Origin: Candidatus Levybacteria bacterium RIFCSPLOWO2_02_FULL_37_18
GTDB lineage: Bacteria; Patescibacteriota; Microgenomatia; Levybacterales; UBA12049
Reading direction: 5' to 3'
Assembly (NCBI GenBank): GCA_001784115.1
Contig: MFPD01000011.1
Span: 28,869-92,868, forward strand
DNA: 64,000 nt
Shown here: piece after piece, positions 38,171 through 49,643 of the stretch
Layout of the letters: every line of letters begins with the position of its first letter
How positions within the stretch are numbered: position 1 is the stretch's first letter
The notes under the pieces: generated by a model
What the model saw: the letters and a program-made list of their open reading frames with translations, nothing else
Database searches by the model: none
What the model was told of the DNA's origin: nothing
Translations under genes and position numbers: made by a program

Positions 38171-39607
38171 GTGAGCAAATTTTTCATTACCAACGCAATA
38201 CCGTACGTGAATGCAAAACCGCATATTGGTCACGCGCTGGAATTCGTGCAATCCGACGTGATCCGTCGATTTCATCTTTTACAAGGCGATGAAACCGTTC
38301 TTTTATGTGGTGGAGACGAAAATGCAATTAAAAATGTCCAGGCAGCGGATCGAGCCGGAAAGCCGGTGCAAGAATTTATCGATGAGAATACAAAGTTATT
38401 TTCTCAACTTGCAGAAAAACTAAATGTCCATTTTGATTTTTGGCAGAAGGCAAGTAGTAAAAATCACCATATTTCCTCTCAAAAACTTTGGGAACTCTGC
38501 AATAAGAATGGCGACATTTATAAACAAACATACACCGGACTGTATTGCGTCGGATGTGAACTGTTTTACGAAAAAGAAGAGCTTGATGAAAATGGTGAAT
38601 GTCTTGAACATCCTGGAAAAAAGTTAGAGGAAGTTTCTGAAGAAAACTATTTCTTTAAATTATCGAAATACGAAAAAAAACTCTTAGAACTCATTGAATC
38701 AGATGACCTCAAAATTACTCCTATTGGACGCAAAAATGAAGTAGTTTCATTTATTAAGCAAGGGTTAAAAGACATTAGTATTTCACGCTCTAATAAACGT
38801 GCAAGAAATTGGGGAGTGCCGGTTCCCGACGATGACTCTCAACGCATGTATGTATGGTTTGACGCCTTAAATATTTATCAAAGCGGTATTGGATTTGGAT
38901 CGGAAGACGAATCATTGTATAAAAAGTGGTGGCCGGCAGATGTGCATGTTATTGGCAAAGGCATAACACGTTTTCATGCCGTGTACTGGCCGGCATTTCT
39001 TTTATCGGCAGGACTTAAAACTCCTAAATCTATTTTAGTCCATGAATACATTACTGTAAACGGACAAAAAATGTCAAAAACCTTAGGGAATGTTATCGAT
39101 CCAACAATACTCATTGATAGGTATGGAACAGACGCGCTCAGATATTATTGTCTTGCAAAAATTTCACCATTTGCCGACGGTGATTTCTCCGAGGAAAAAC
39201 TGAAAGATGTTTACAATGCCGACTTGGCAAACGGCCTTGGAAATCTAGTCGCACGCGTTGCAAAATTGTGTGAAACCAACGAGGTATCCATTTCAGACAT
39301 TCCTCATCGTGTTCCAAATGTAAGTCTAAAAGGAGGATATATCGAATATTTTGAACGATACGAGTTCAACTTAGCATTAGAAGAACTATGGAAAGATATT
39401 AAAGATCTAGATGTTGCAATAAATACTGAAAAACCCTGGACTCTCTCAAAAGAAAATGCTACACCCTTATTAAAAATTCTTGCTTATCAAATAAAAAATA
39501 TCGCGCATGGAATTAAACCATTCCTTCCCGATACAGCAGAGAAGATTTTAAAACAGTTTAAAGGGCCAGGAATTATGGCTCAATCTCCTCTTTTCCCACG
39601 GCTATAA
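38171..39607 (+). CDS. metG: Methionyl-tRNA synthetase (short form, no C-terminal tRNA-binding domain)
   Basis: HIGH motif (PYVNAKPHIGHALEF), zinc-knuckle region (CVGCELFY...CLEHPG), KMSKS (QKMSKTLGN). Confidence 0.93.
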   Translation: MSKFFITNAIPYVNAKPHIGHALEFVQSDVIRRFHLLQGDETVLLCGGDENAIKNVQAADRAGKPVQEFIDENTKLFSQLAEKLNVHFDFWQKASSKNHHISSQKLWELCNKNGDIYKQTYTGLYCVGCELFYEKEELDENGECLEHPGKKLEEVSEENYFFKLSKYEKKLLELIESDDLKITPIGRKNEVVSFIKQGLKDISISRSNKRARNWGVPVPDDDSQRMYVWFDALNIYQSGIGFGSEDESLYKKWWPADVHVIGKGITRFHAVYWPAFLLSAGLKTPKSILVHEYITVNGQKMSKTLGNVIDPTILIDRYGTDALRYYCLAKISPFADGDFSEEKLKDVYNADLANGLGNLVARVAKLCETNEVSISDIPHRVPNVSLKGGYIEYFERYEFNLALEELWKDIKDLDVAINTEKPWTLSKENATPLLKILAYQIKNIAHGIKPFLPDTAEKILKQFKGPGIMAQSPLFPRL

Positions 39608-39654
39608 GACTACTTGACAACCGGGAATATATTCTAAATACTTGATACAAATTA

Positions 39655-39678
39655 CTTCAATGATTCGAATCATTGAAG
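39655..39678. promoter_or_regulatory. 24-bp perfect palindrome cttcaatgattc|gaatcattgaag overlapping the start of the yerC-like gene; second near-identical copy at 40144-40163 just after its stop
   Basis: Exact reverse-complement symmetry over 24 nt. Core aatgattcgaatcatt is repeated 3' of the gene. Confidence 0.55.
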
Positions 39679-40137
39679 CATACTGTGTCGCAAGTTTCTA
39701 AATACCCTATTTCTAAAAAAATCGCTGATCGCATTTTTGAAATATTTCTCAAAACATTTGTAAAGATAAGAGATAAACAAGAGGCAAATCAATTTATATC
39801 AGATTTCCTGACGCCAACGGAAAAAATTATGCTAGCAAAACGTCTAGCCATTGCATTTTTGCTTGAAAAGAATTACGACTATCGAGCAATTCAAAAAATA
39901 ATAAGAGTAAGTTCTGGAACGATAAATTCTGTAAGCACAACACGGCAACTTGGAAGTGAAGGGTATAAGAAGCTTATTGCAAAAATTATCAAGGAAGAAA
40001 AATTAGTTGACCTCCTCGAAACAGCAGTAGTTAAAGTTCTATCTGCTCCAGCAGCAGTCGAACCAAAAAGAGGCACCTGGACATATCTTAAACGCCAACT
40101 TGAAGATACTAAAAAGAAAAATAGAAAAGCATTTTAA
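39673..40137 (+). CDS. YerC/YecD (TrpR-like) family DNA-binding protein with ~50-aa C-terminal extension
   Basis: ADRIFEIFLKTFVKIRDKQEANQFISDFLTPTEKIMLAKRLAIAFLLEKNYDYRAIQKIIRVSSGTINSVS...GSEGYKKL aligns with B. subtilis YerC (…CTVNEIQSLAQRLEVARMLREGHTYLEIAEKTGASTATISRVNRSL…GYKLV). Start codon uncertain (TTG 39673 or GTG 39685). Confidence 0.65.
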   Translation: MKHTVSQVSKYPISKKIADRIFEIFLKTFVKIRDKQEANQFISDFLTPTEKIMLAKRLAIAFLLEKNYDYRAIQKIIRVSSGTINSVSTTRQLGSEGYKKLIAKIIKEEKLVDLLETAVVKVLSAPAAVEPKRGTWTYLKRQLEDTKKKNRKAF

Positions 40138-40270
40138 TTTCTGCTTCAATGATTCGAATCATTAGATCAAAGACAGAATCACCCTTTTTTTCTTTTATCA
40201 GGAAGAGCTATTCTAGTCTGTTGTAAAAAATGAAAAGTCAATTAATATTCGCTTCTTGTATAATTAATTC

Positions 40271-41071
40271 ATGATCGATGTTCATTGTCATTTAAATTTC
40301 AAACGTTTTGCAGATGATTATGATGAGGTTATCAAACGAGCTTATAAGGCTGGTGTAACGACAATTATCAATGTAGGAACAAAAATTGATTCAAGTCAAA
40401 AAGCAGTTGAGTTGGCGCAAAAATACGATAATTTATTTGCAATTGTAGGTGCTCATCCCCATCATGCTGACAAACATGAACTTGAGTCTGATTGGCTAGA
40501 ACAGCTGGAAAAACTGGCAAAAAAACCTAAAGTAGTTGCAATCGGTGAAATCGGAATGGATTACTATAGATATCAATCAAACGGAATTGTTGATAAAAAG
40601 CTCCAAATGGAAGTTTTCCAACAACAAATTAAGCTTGCTCATAAACTTAAACTTCCGCTTCAAATCCATAACCGTCACGCTGGTGAAGATATAATCAATA
40701 TATTATTGAATCATAAATCATACTTATTAAATCCGCCCGGTATGTTCCATTGTTTCGCGGGGACTTTTGAAGTATTGAAATCTGCATTGCAGATGGGTTT
40801 TTGCATTGGTTTTGACGGAAATATTACGTATAAAGGCGTTTCTCCCGGAGAAACAGTAGCATTATCCGAGCTCGCAAAACGTATATCCCTTGATAGAATT
40901 GTCATTGAAACAGACAGCCCGTATCTTACCCCCCAACCCCACAGAGGTAGCAGAAATGAGCCTCAATATGCTATACTTACAGGTAAGTTTATCGCGCAAA
41001 TAAAGGATATTTCTTTCCAAGAACTAGACCGCCAAACTACCGAAAACACAAAAAGAATGTTTAGATTATGA
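40271..41071 (+). CDS. tatD: TatD-family metal-dependent deoxyribonuclease/hydrolase
   Basis: MIDVHCHLNF, GAHPHHA, AIGEIGMDY, LPLQIHNRHA, ETDSPYL motifs. Confidence 0.88.
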   Translation: MIDVHCHLNFKRFADDYDEVIKRAYKAGVTTIINVGTKIDSSQKAVELAQKYDNLFAIVGAHPHHADKHELESDWLEQLEKLAKKPKVVAIGEIGMDYYRYQSNGIVDKKLQMEVFQQQIKLAHKLKLPLQIHNRHAGEDIINILLNHKSYLLNPPGMFHCFAGTFEVLKSALQMGFCIGFDGNITYKGVSPGETVALSELAKRISLDRIVIETDSPYLTPQPHRGSRNEPQYAILTGKFIAQIKDISFQELDRQTTENTKRMFRL

Positions 41072-42561
41072 CAAATTTTTTCAATTTCATTTTTACCAGA
41101 TACCCTATTAAAACCAGAAGATCATTGGAAATGATGCCAGGTTTAATTTCTTGGAGTTTAATATTTTTTCCCGTTTGGGGATCGCTCTTAATTCCTTTTG
41201 CAGTTGCGTATTTTATTCTTCTTTTTGACGTTTTTTGGTTTTATAAGTCATTTTCTTTAGCCATTACTGCTTATATTGCCTCGAAAAAGATATCTCAGGC
41301 AGAAAAAGTAGATTGGCTTTCTGAAACGAAAAACTTCAAAAACTTCAAAAAAGTCACTCATGTTATTGTGATTCCAAATTACAAAGAAAGCTATACTAAG
41401 TTAAACGCTTCAATAGCTTCAATTGCTAACCAGACCTTCCCAACGAAGCACATTCACGTTGTTTTAGCTATGGAAGAAAGAGAGGCAAAAGCAAAAACAA
41501 AAGCAAATAAACTTATAAAAAAGTATAAACATATTTTTGGCAGTATATTTACTACGTTTCATCCAGACATAGAAGGAGAGATCAAAGGCAAATCCTCTAA
41601 TGAGAGCTACGGAGGAAAACAAGCTTATAAAAAACTTGTCGAAACAGGGCTTATTGATATTAAACACGCAACAATTTCTTCGGTTGACGCTGATTCAATT
41701 TTTGACAAACAGTATTTCTCCTACCTTACATTTAAATTCCTTAAAAATCCAAAACGGTTTGGCACATTTTGGCAGTCCGCAAATGTAAATTATAATAATT
41801 TTTGGAATGTACCAGCTCCTGTGAGAGTGCTATCATTCTTTTCCAGTTTGTATCGAACAGCTCTTTTGATTCAGCAGGATAGACTCGTTGCGAATTCAAC
41901 CTATTCTCTTTCATTTGTAATGCTTCATAAAATCGGCTACTGGGATGTCGATGTAATCCCTGAGGATTACAGAATTTTCTTTAAAGCATTTTACAAACTG
42001 CAAGGAAATGCCTGGGTTGATCCGATATTCTTAAAAACTTCAATGGATGCTCCACTTTCGTCAAGCTATATAAAAAGTCTTAAAAATAAATACAATCAAG
42101 AGCGCAGATGGTCGTGGGGGGTTTCCGACGATCCCCTTTTTATAAAATGGTGGCTGACAACTCCCAACGTGCCATTTTTAAGAAAAACCATTCTTCTTTA
42201 TAACGTCTTACTTGATCACTTTCTCTGGCCGGTTAATTGGTTTATTATTACCGTTGCTGCTAATATTATGCCATTTGTTAATCCAGTTTTTTCACGGACA
42301 ACCTTGGGTTATAACCTTCCCAGATTAGCAGGATTTATCCTTACATCATGTCTATTTGCACTTTTAGCAATGATTATTATTGACGTTAGAAATAGGCCTA
42401 AAAATACTCCACTTTCAAGAGTTAGGCAATTTCTTTTTCCGCTTGAATTTGTCTTGCTTCCTGTGGTCGGATTTTTTCTTTCTACCCTTCCTGCGTTAAT
42501 ATCCCATACCCAGCTTATGTTTGGTAAACGTCTCGAATATAAAGTCACCGAGAAATTATGA
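41068..42561 (+). CDS. Membrane-bound family 2 glycosyltransferase
   Basis: N-terminal TM pair, GT-A fold region (VIVIPNYKES...ANQTFP...HIHVV...SVDADSIF; DxD-like), then four C-terminal TM helices. ATGA-overlapped with the next gene. Confidence 0.65.
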   Translation: MTNFFNFIFTRYPIKTRRSLEMMPGLISWSLIFFPVWGSLLIPFAVAYFILLFDVFWFYKSFSLAITAYIASKKISQAEKVDWLSETKNFKNFKKVTHVIVIPNYKESYTKLNASIASIANQTFPTKHIHVVLAMEEREAKAKTKANKLIKKYKHIFGSIFTTFHPDIEGEIKGKSSNESYGGKQAYKKLVETGLIDIKHATISSVDADSIFDKQYFSYLTFKFLKNPKRFGTFWQSANVNYNNFWNVPAPVRVLSFFSSLYRTALLIQQDRLVANSTYSLSFVMLHKIGYWDVDVIPEDYRIFFKAFYKLQGNAWVDPIFLKTSMDAPLSSSYIKSLKNKYNQERRWSWGVSDDPLFIKWWLTTPNVPFLRKTILLYNVLLDHFLWPVNWFIITVAANIMPFVNPVFSRTTLGYNLPRLAGFILTSCLFALLAMIIIDVRNRPKNTPLSRVRQFLFPLEFVLLPVVGFFLSTLPALISHTQLMFGKRLEYKVTEKL

Positions 42562-44108
42562 AAATTTTCGCCAAGGCAGAAAAAAGCAAAATATGCTGGT
42601 TTTTACTTATCATCTCTGCATTTTTCTTTCTTCTTCGAATACCTTCATTTATAGAGCCATACTGGTACGGCGATGAAGGAATTTACCAAGTAATAGGCAT
42701 GGGGCTTAGGAATGGCAGGTTATTATACAGAGATATTTGGGATAATAAACCTCCGCTTTTGTATGTTTTATATGCTCTGTACAACTCCGATCAATTCACC
42801 ATTCGTCTTGTATCAGCACTCTTTGGCATAGGATCAATCATTGTCTTTTATTTTTTAGCCCAAAATTTATTTAAAAAACATATTGCATATAGTGTTACAA
42901 GTGTGTATGCGTTTCTTTTTTCTCTTCCACTTTTTGAAGGAAACATTGCCAATGCGGAAAACTTTATGCTTTTTCCCATTATTCTTTCTGCTCTCTTTAT
43001 CTATAAAGCTTCCGAACTTGAACCTCCAAAAACAACTATCAAATCATTCTCTCTTTCCTATATACTACATACCAAATACCATATACTCTTATTTTCTGCA
43101 GGTCTTATTCTTTCTTTTGCATTTCTTTTTAAAATTGTCGCCATATTCGATTTTATCGCATTTTTTCTTTTTCTGTTTTTTGTGCATCATCCCAAAAATT
43201 TCTCAAAAAAAAATATATCAAGAATTGTTGAATATAGTACATATTCTATAAAAACATTTCTGCAACTTTTATTAGGATTTTTTATTCCTATTTTTATTAC
43301 TGTTTTGTTTTTTTTCTTTCAGGGTGCCCTTCCTGATTTTTTACACGCCGCGTTTATTCAAAACGTTGGATATGTTGGATATGGTAATACATTATTTTTT
43401 ACTCAAGGATTATTGGTAATAAAGCTTATTCTTTTATCCGGCGTTTGTTTTTTTCTATTTTTAAAAAGAGCGCATATTCCAAAAATACTGCTTTTTATCC
43501 TTCTGTGGCTTTCTTTTTCTGTATTTAATGCTTTTTTTTCCGCCAGGCCCTATACTCATTATGCATTAGTTCTTCTTCCCAGTTTTTGCCTTTTTTTGGG
43601 AGCAACTTTTTCCAACCGATTAAAAACGTTAAGCAAGGCAGAACAAAAACGTCAAAAAATATTACTTACCTTACTTATTGTATTAATAATACTTGTGTAT
43701 AAAAACTTTTGGCTCTACGGAAAAAATATTTCGTATTATCAAAACTTTTTTTTATTCTTAACAAACAAAAAATCTGTAACCATGTATAGATCGTTTTTTG
43801 ATTCTAAAACTCCCCGGGACTATGAACTATCCGCTTTAATAAAACCAAAAAAAGATACGCTATTTATATGGGGAAATAACGCCCAAGTGTATACGCTTTT
43901 AGGCGCACTTCCGCCGGGTCGCTATACTGTCGCGTATCATATTAATTCTTCCCTGCAAACTTTAAAAGAAACCGAACTCGCTCTTTCCAAAATAAAACCA
44001 AAGTATATAATCATAATGCCGGATGTAGGAATATTCCCATATAGCTTATCGGGATATAATCAAATATATAAGATTCGAGATGTTTCAATATATGAAAGAA
44101 GTTTTTAA
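42558..44108 (+). CDS. GT-C fold membrane glycosyltransferase (GT39/ArnT/PMT-like, polyprenyl-phosphate-sugar dependent)
   Basis: Multi-TM protein with N-terminal loop EPYWYGDEGIYQVIGMGLRNGRLLYRDIWDNKPPLLY (DE/extracytoplasmic loop-1 signature of GT39/GT83). Confidence 0.65.
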   Translation: MKIFAKAEKSKICWFLLIISAFFFLLRIPSFIEPYWYGDEGIYQVIGMGLRNGRLLYRDIWDNKPPLLYVLYALYNSDQFTIRLVSALFGIGSIIVFYFLAQNLFKKHIAYSVTSVYAFLFSLPLFEGNIANAENFMLFPIILSALFIYKASELEPPKTTIKSFSLSYILHTKYHILLFSAGLILSFAFLFKIVAIFDFIAFFLFLFFVHHPKNFSKKNISRIVEYSTYSIKTFLQLLLGFFIPIFITVLFFFFQGALPDFLHAAFIQNVGYVGYGNTLFFTQGLLVIKLILLSGVCFFLFLKRAHIPKILLFILLWLSFSVFNAFFSARPYTHYALVLLPSFCLFLGATFSNRLKTLSKAEQKRQKILLTLLIVLIILVYKNFWLYGKNISYYQNFFLFLTNKKSVTMYRSFFDSKTPRDYELSALIKPKKDTLFIWGNNAQVYTLLGALPPGRYTVAYHINSSLQTLKETELALSKIKPKYIIIMPDVGIFPYSLSGYNQIYKIRDVSIYERSF

Positions 44109-44445
44109 TACGGTTAAAAAAGATAAAATTCTCTATGTAAGTTTTAGTATAGCTGGGGTACTTATGATTATAAATTGGACATACACAGCATTTTTATTTA
44201 ATCGTCTTCCTCCTTTTCTGCCTTTGTTCAACCAGCTGGCCTGGGGAGAAAAAAGAGTAGGAAATAAATCTGAAATTTTTATTCCTATTGCAATAGTTTT
44301 TGCTGTATTCATAAGTAATTTCCTTATTTCCTCTTTCCTTTATTCAAAAACTCCGCTTATCTCAAGAATACTTTGTATAACAACTCTTCTGATCTCTTTG
44401 TTTGCGCTTCTATTTACCATCCGAACCATAGGTCTTGTGTTATAA
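44080..44445 (+). CDS. Hypothetical small membrane protein
   Basis: 121-aa ORF with 3 predicted TM helices inside the envelope gene cluster. Confidence 0.35.
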   Translation: MFQYMKEVFNTVKKDKILYVSFSIAGVLMIINWTYTAFLFNRLPPFLPLFNQLAWGEKRVGNKSEIFIPIAIVFAVFISNFLISSFLYSKTPLISRILCITTLLISLFALLFTIRTIGLVL

Positions 44446-45511
44446 CATGACAACTTTTTATTTCATAATTCTTCTCCCGATAACTATATCCTTTTTAGCC
44501 GCAAGCATTCTTACTCCCATTTGTATACATATTTTGAAAAAAATTGGATTATTTGATGATCCTAAATTACGAAAACATCCAGGAGTTATTCATACCAAAC
44601 CAATCCCCCGAGGAGGAGGAATTCCTCTTTTTTTAGGAGTTTTTATTACAGCTTTGTATTTTCTTCCCATAAATGGAATAACTATTTCTCTTTTTATAGC
44701 TTCTTTTATTTCTCTTGTGGTTGGAGTTTTAGATGATAAATTTGATATTTCACCATATATTCGCTTTGTAATAAATATTCTTTCGGCTGCATTAGTTGTT
44801 TTTAATGGTGTTGGTGTTCCTTTTATTACCAATCCTTTTGCGCCTAGTGTTTTACATCTTGACACTATTGCGCTTTTTTCTTTTGGAACAATTACGATCT
44901 ACCTCTCGCATATTGTATCGCTTTTGTGGATTGCTTGGGTAATTAATATGCTTAACTGGAGTAAGGGGGTTGACGGACAAATGCCTGGAATCGTAGCAAT
45001 TTCAGCCACAGTAATAGGTCTTTTGTCCCTTCGATATACCCTCTTAGACCCTCTTTCTATTACTTCTGCAAAACTTTCGTTTATTATCGCTGGAAGCGCG
45101 TTGGGATTTTTGTTATTTAATTATTATCCGGCACGAATTTTTCCCGGTTACGGGGCAACATCAATATATTTATTGCTGGCTGTGGCCTCTCTACTGTCAA
45201 GTGCAAAACTTGCTACCGCAATATTAGTCATGGGAATTCCTATGGTAGACGGGTTATTTACCATTATCCGAAGAATCGTAAGCGGACGATCTCCTTTTTG
45301 GCACGATAAAAAACATCTTCATCACCTGCTGCTTGAATTAGGACTATCGCAAAAACACATTGCATTGTTTTATTGGAGTATTTCTGCTATATTAGGTGCG
45401 TTATCGCTTACGCTTTCAAGCAGTGGTAAATTTTTTGCTATAGTAATGCTTGGTGTACTCGTTGGAGGCACGTTGCTTTTCTTACACGTTGCATTAAGGA
45501 AAAACTCATGA
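44435..45511 (+). CDS. Polyprenyl-phosphate N-acetylhexosamine-1-phosphate transferase (MraY/WecA family, GT4)
   Basis: Cytoplasmic loop motifs DDPKLRKHPGVIHTKPIPRGGGI, VVGVLDDKFDISP, NMLNWSKGVDG. ~10 TM. Confidence 0.8.
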   Translation: MCYNMTTFYFIILLPITISFLAASILTPICIHILKKIGLFDDPKLRKHPGVIHTKPIPRGGGIPLFLGVFITALYFLPINGITISLFIASFISLVVGVLDDKFDISPYIRFVINILSAALVVFNGVGVPFITNPFAPSVLHLDTIALFSFGTITIYLSHIVSLLWIAWVINMLNWSKGVDGQMPGIVAISATVIGLLSLRYTLLDPLSITSAKLSFIIAGSALGFLLFNYYPARIFPGYGATSIYLLLAVASLLSSAKLATAILVMGIPMVDGLFTIIRRIVSGRSPFWHDKKHLHHLLLELGLSQKHIALFYWSISAILGALSLTLSSSGKFFAIVMLGVLVGGTLLFLHVALRKNS

Positions 45512-46452
45512 GCAGACTATTATATAACACGCTCAAGCTGCTTCGGCCGAGACAATGGATTAAAAACTTCGCCATTTTTGCCGCTATCACGTTTAAAGGA
45601 CAATTATTCGAACCATCGGTATTTTTAAGAGTAAGCATTGCGTTTATTATTTTTTGCATGCTTTCTTCCGCAATTTATATTATTAACGATATCTTTGATG
45701 TCAAAAGAGACCGGCTTCATCCATTCAAACGATTTAGACCTCTGGCCCATAAAGATCTTTCTGTCGAATACGCATTAGCGCTTGCTATGTGTTTGCTGTT
45801 TGTATCGTTTTGGGTAGGGTTTTTTGTAAATCCAACTTTTTTCTTACTTACTATTGCATATTTCCTTCTCCAGGTTTCTTATACTGTTTTCCTCAAACAC
45901 ATTGTTATTTTGGATATCTTAGCAATTGCCTCAGGGTACATCCTTAGAGTTTATGCCGGAGAATTTGCCTCAGGACTTCACATTTCTGTCTGGCTTTTAC
46001 TTACCACAATTTCTATTTCTCTTTTACTTGCTGCAGGAAAACGCAGGTCAGAATTAACGCTTCTTTTAGGAAATCCCAATACAAAAATAGAAATTACGCG
46101 AAAATCACTTTCAAGGTATTCCGAACGTCTCTTGGATGTATATGCTTCGATTTTTGCCACCTCTACATTTATTTCCTATTCGCTTTTTACTTTTTTGGAA
46201 AACGAGTCAGGATTTAAGCTATCAATTGGAGTCCTTATGCCGGATTTTCTGCCATCTTTTTTCCAAAAAAAATGGCTTATGATAACAATATTACCGGTGG
46301 TATATGGACTCATGCGTTATCTAGAAGATGTATACGAACGGCATGAAGGAGAAAGTCCGGAAAGAGTCTTACTTTCTGATAAACCACTCTTAACAAGCGT
46401 GCTTTTATGGATACTTTTGGTTATTGCCATCATCTATTACGTTGGCCCCTAA
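45508..46452 (+). CDS. UbiA-family polyprenyl-phosphate phosphoribosyltransferase (decaprenyl-phosphate 5-phosphoribosyltransferase/Rv3806c-like)
   Basis: RPRQWIKNFAIFAA, YIINDIFDVKRDRLHPFKRFRPLA, LKHIVILD, AGKRRSEL align block-for-block with M. tuberculosis UbiA/Rv3806c (RPRQWVKN..., YLVNDVRDVEADREHPTKRFRPIA, LKHQAVVE, AGKRYAEL). Confidence 0.8.
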   Translation: MSRLLYNTLKLLRPRQWIKNFAIFAAITFKGQLFEPSVFLRVSIAFIIFCMLSSAIYIINDIFDVKRDRLHPFKRFRPLAHKDLSVEYALALAMCLLFVSFWVGFFVNPTFFLLTIAYFLLQVSYTVFLKHIVILDILAIASGYILRVYAGEFASGLHISVWLLLTTISISLLLAAGKRRSELTLLLGNPNTKIEITRKSLSRYSERLLDVYASIFATSTFISYSLFTFLENESGFKLSIGVLMPDFLPSFFQKKWLMITILPVVYGLMRYLEDVYERHEGESPERVLLSDKPLLTSVLLWILLVIAIIYYVGP

Positions 46453-46454
46453 AT

Positions 46455-47312
46455 CTATTTCCTTTCTGCGTAGTCGCTTATTATCCAACCTGTTTTACCG
46501 TCTTCTAATTTTACTTCAAACCACCCGTCTTTTTCAGACACAAACTCAAACGTATTACCAGGATAAACCACAGTTATTTTTGATTCTGTAACTGAATTGC
46601 CGCTTCTGACGTTTAAGTATCCTGTAGGGGTTTCTAATATAGTAACCATCGAAGGCGTATTCGTTGGAGTTGCAGAAGGCGTAGCAAGAGGTGTAGCTTT
46701 AACTTGAGTTTCCCCGCTTACTCCTAAAAAAACAATTGCTTCGAGTTTGTATCCGGAAACGGTTTTAATCCGAAGCGTTTTTTGGTTATACTCGTCTTTT
46801 TTAAATTGCAATTCATGGTCTGAAGAAGTTATATTTTGCAAAAAAAGCGGAGTTGCTCCAACCGATTTACTATCCAACAGAGTTTCTGCTTTTTCAGGCA
46901 TGGAAAGCAATAAAATTTGGGATGATTTTTTTTCATTTGTTGGAGTAAGAGTAATAATACTTCCTTCGGAACTTGCTCCTTTTCCAAATGTCCTGTCAAC
47001 TACAGTCAAAACCGATTTATTGATTTTTATTTTTTGCTCAAAAGGAGAAAGTCCTGCTTCTTGGGTAACTTCATCCGAAACCAATGGAACAAGCCGAATG
47101 GTATACTCTCCTGACGGCAACATGTCACTGACATCACATTTACAAAACGGAGTCTGTCCTATTAATTTTCTGTCTATATACACAGCGCTTTTTGGCGTGC
47201 TGGTTATTTGAAGAGCTCCTTTTCCTTTATCTTTTAGAATAAAAAAATATAATCCTGATACAACTATTACAAGCATGAGAAATGGAACAAAAATTGGAAA
47301 TAGTTTTTGCAT
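46455..47312 (-). CDS. PEGA-domain + bacterial SH3-like domain membrane-anchored protein
   Basis: N-terminal TM, PEGA-like (ALQITSTPKSAVYIDRKLIGQTP...GEYTIRL) and C-terminal SH3b-like (GYLNVRSGNS...GWFEVKLEDGKTGWI). Confidence 0.6.
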   Translation of the reverse strand: MQKLFPIFVPFLMLVIVVSGLYFFILKDKGKGALQITSTPKSAVYIDRKLIGQTPFCKCDVSDMLPSGEYTIRLVPLVSDEVTQEAGLSPFEQKIKINKSVLTVVDRTFGKGASSEGSIITLTPTNEKKSSQILLLSMPEKAETLLDSKSVGATPLFLQNITSSDHELQFKKDEYNQKTLRIKTVSGYKLEAIVFLGVSGETQVKATPLATPSATPTNTPSMVTILETPTGYLNVRSGNSVTESKITVVYPGNTFEFVSEKDGWFEVKLEDGKTGWIISDYAERK

Positions 47313-47384
47313 ATTATGTATTATAAACGATGGTCGAGTTTTTTATTATACTCCATTCATGAATGAAGGTAAACTGTGATAAGC

Positions 47385-47411
47385 CAAACAAAAAACCCGC
47401 TTTCATGCGGG
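47385..47411 (-). terminator. Rho-independent terminator downstream of groEL (CCCGC-augaaa-GCGGG + U-rich)
   Basis: Minus-strand RNA reads ...gaagCCCGCaugaaaGCGGGuuuuuuguuugg, immediately 3' of the groEL stop (47438). Confidence 0.6.
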
Positions 47412-47437
47412 CTTCAATTTATTAATTTTGAACTTAT

Positions 47438-49481
<2,044 letters not shown>

Positions 49482-49539
49482 AGGTTAAATCTATTCAATT
49501 ATTGGGCAAGAAAATGTCACCTGAAGCTTTCGACTGCTA

Positions 49540-49569
49540 ATTTATACAATATAGAATTTTGTTTGTCAA
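49540..49569 (-). promoter_or_regulatory. Consensus-like sigma70 promoter (TTGACA-17-TATAAA) for groES-groEL
   Basis: Minus strand reads ttgacaAACAAAATTCTATATTGtataaa. A CIRCE-like left half-site ttagcagtc follows immediately downstream, but without a matching right arm. Confidence 0.55.
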
Positions 49570-49643
49570 TAACCTATAGTTAAAATAGCACTCAGGAAGC
49601 TTGACACTGTTTTATTTTGCCTATACTATGATATTAGTACCTA

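Noticed and set aside
49482-49600. Full CIRCE operator in the groES upstream region
   Set aside because: Only half-sites (ttagcagtc; tagcactc) are present and the expected symmetric partner 9 nt away does not match. Reported as a half-site only.
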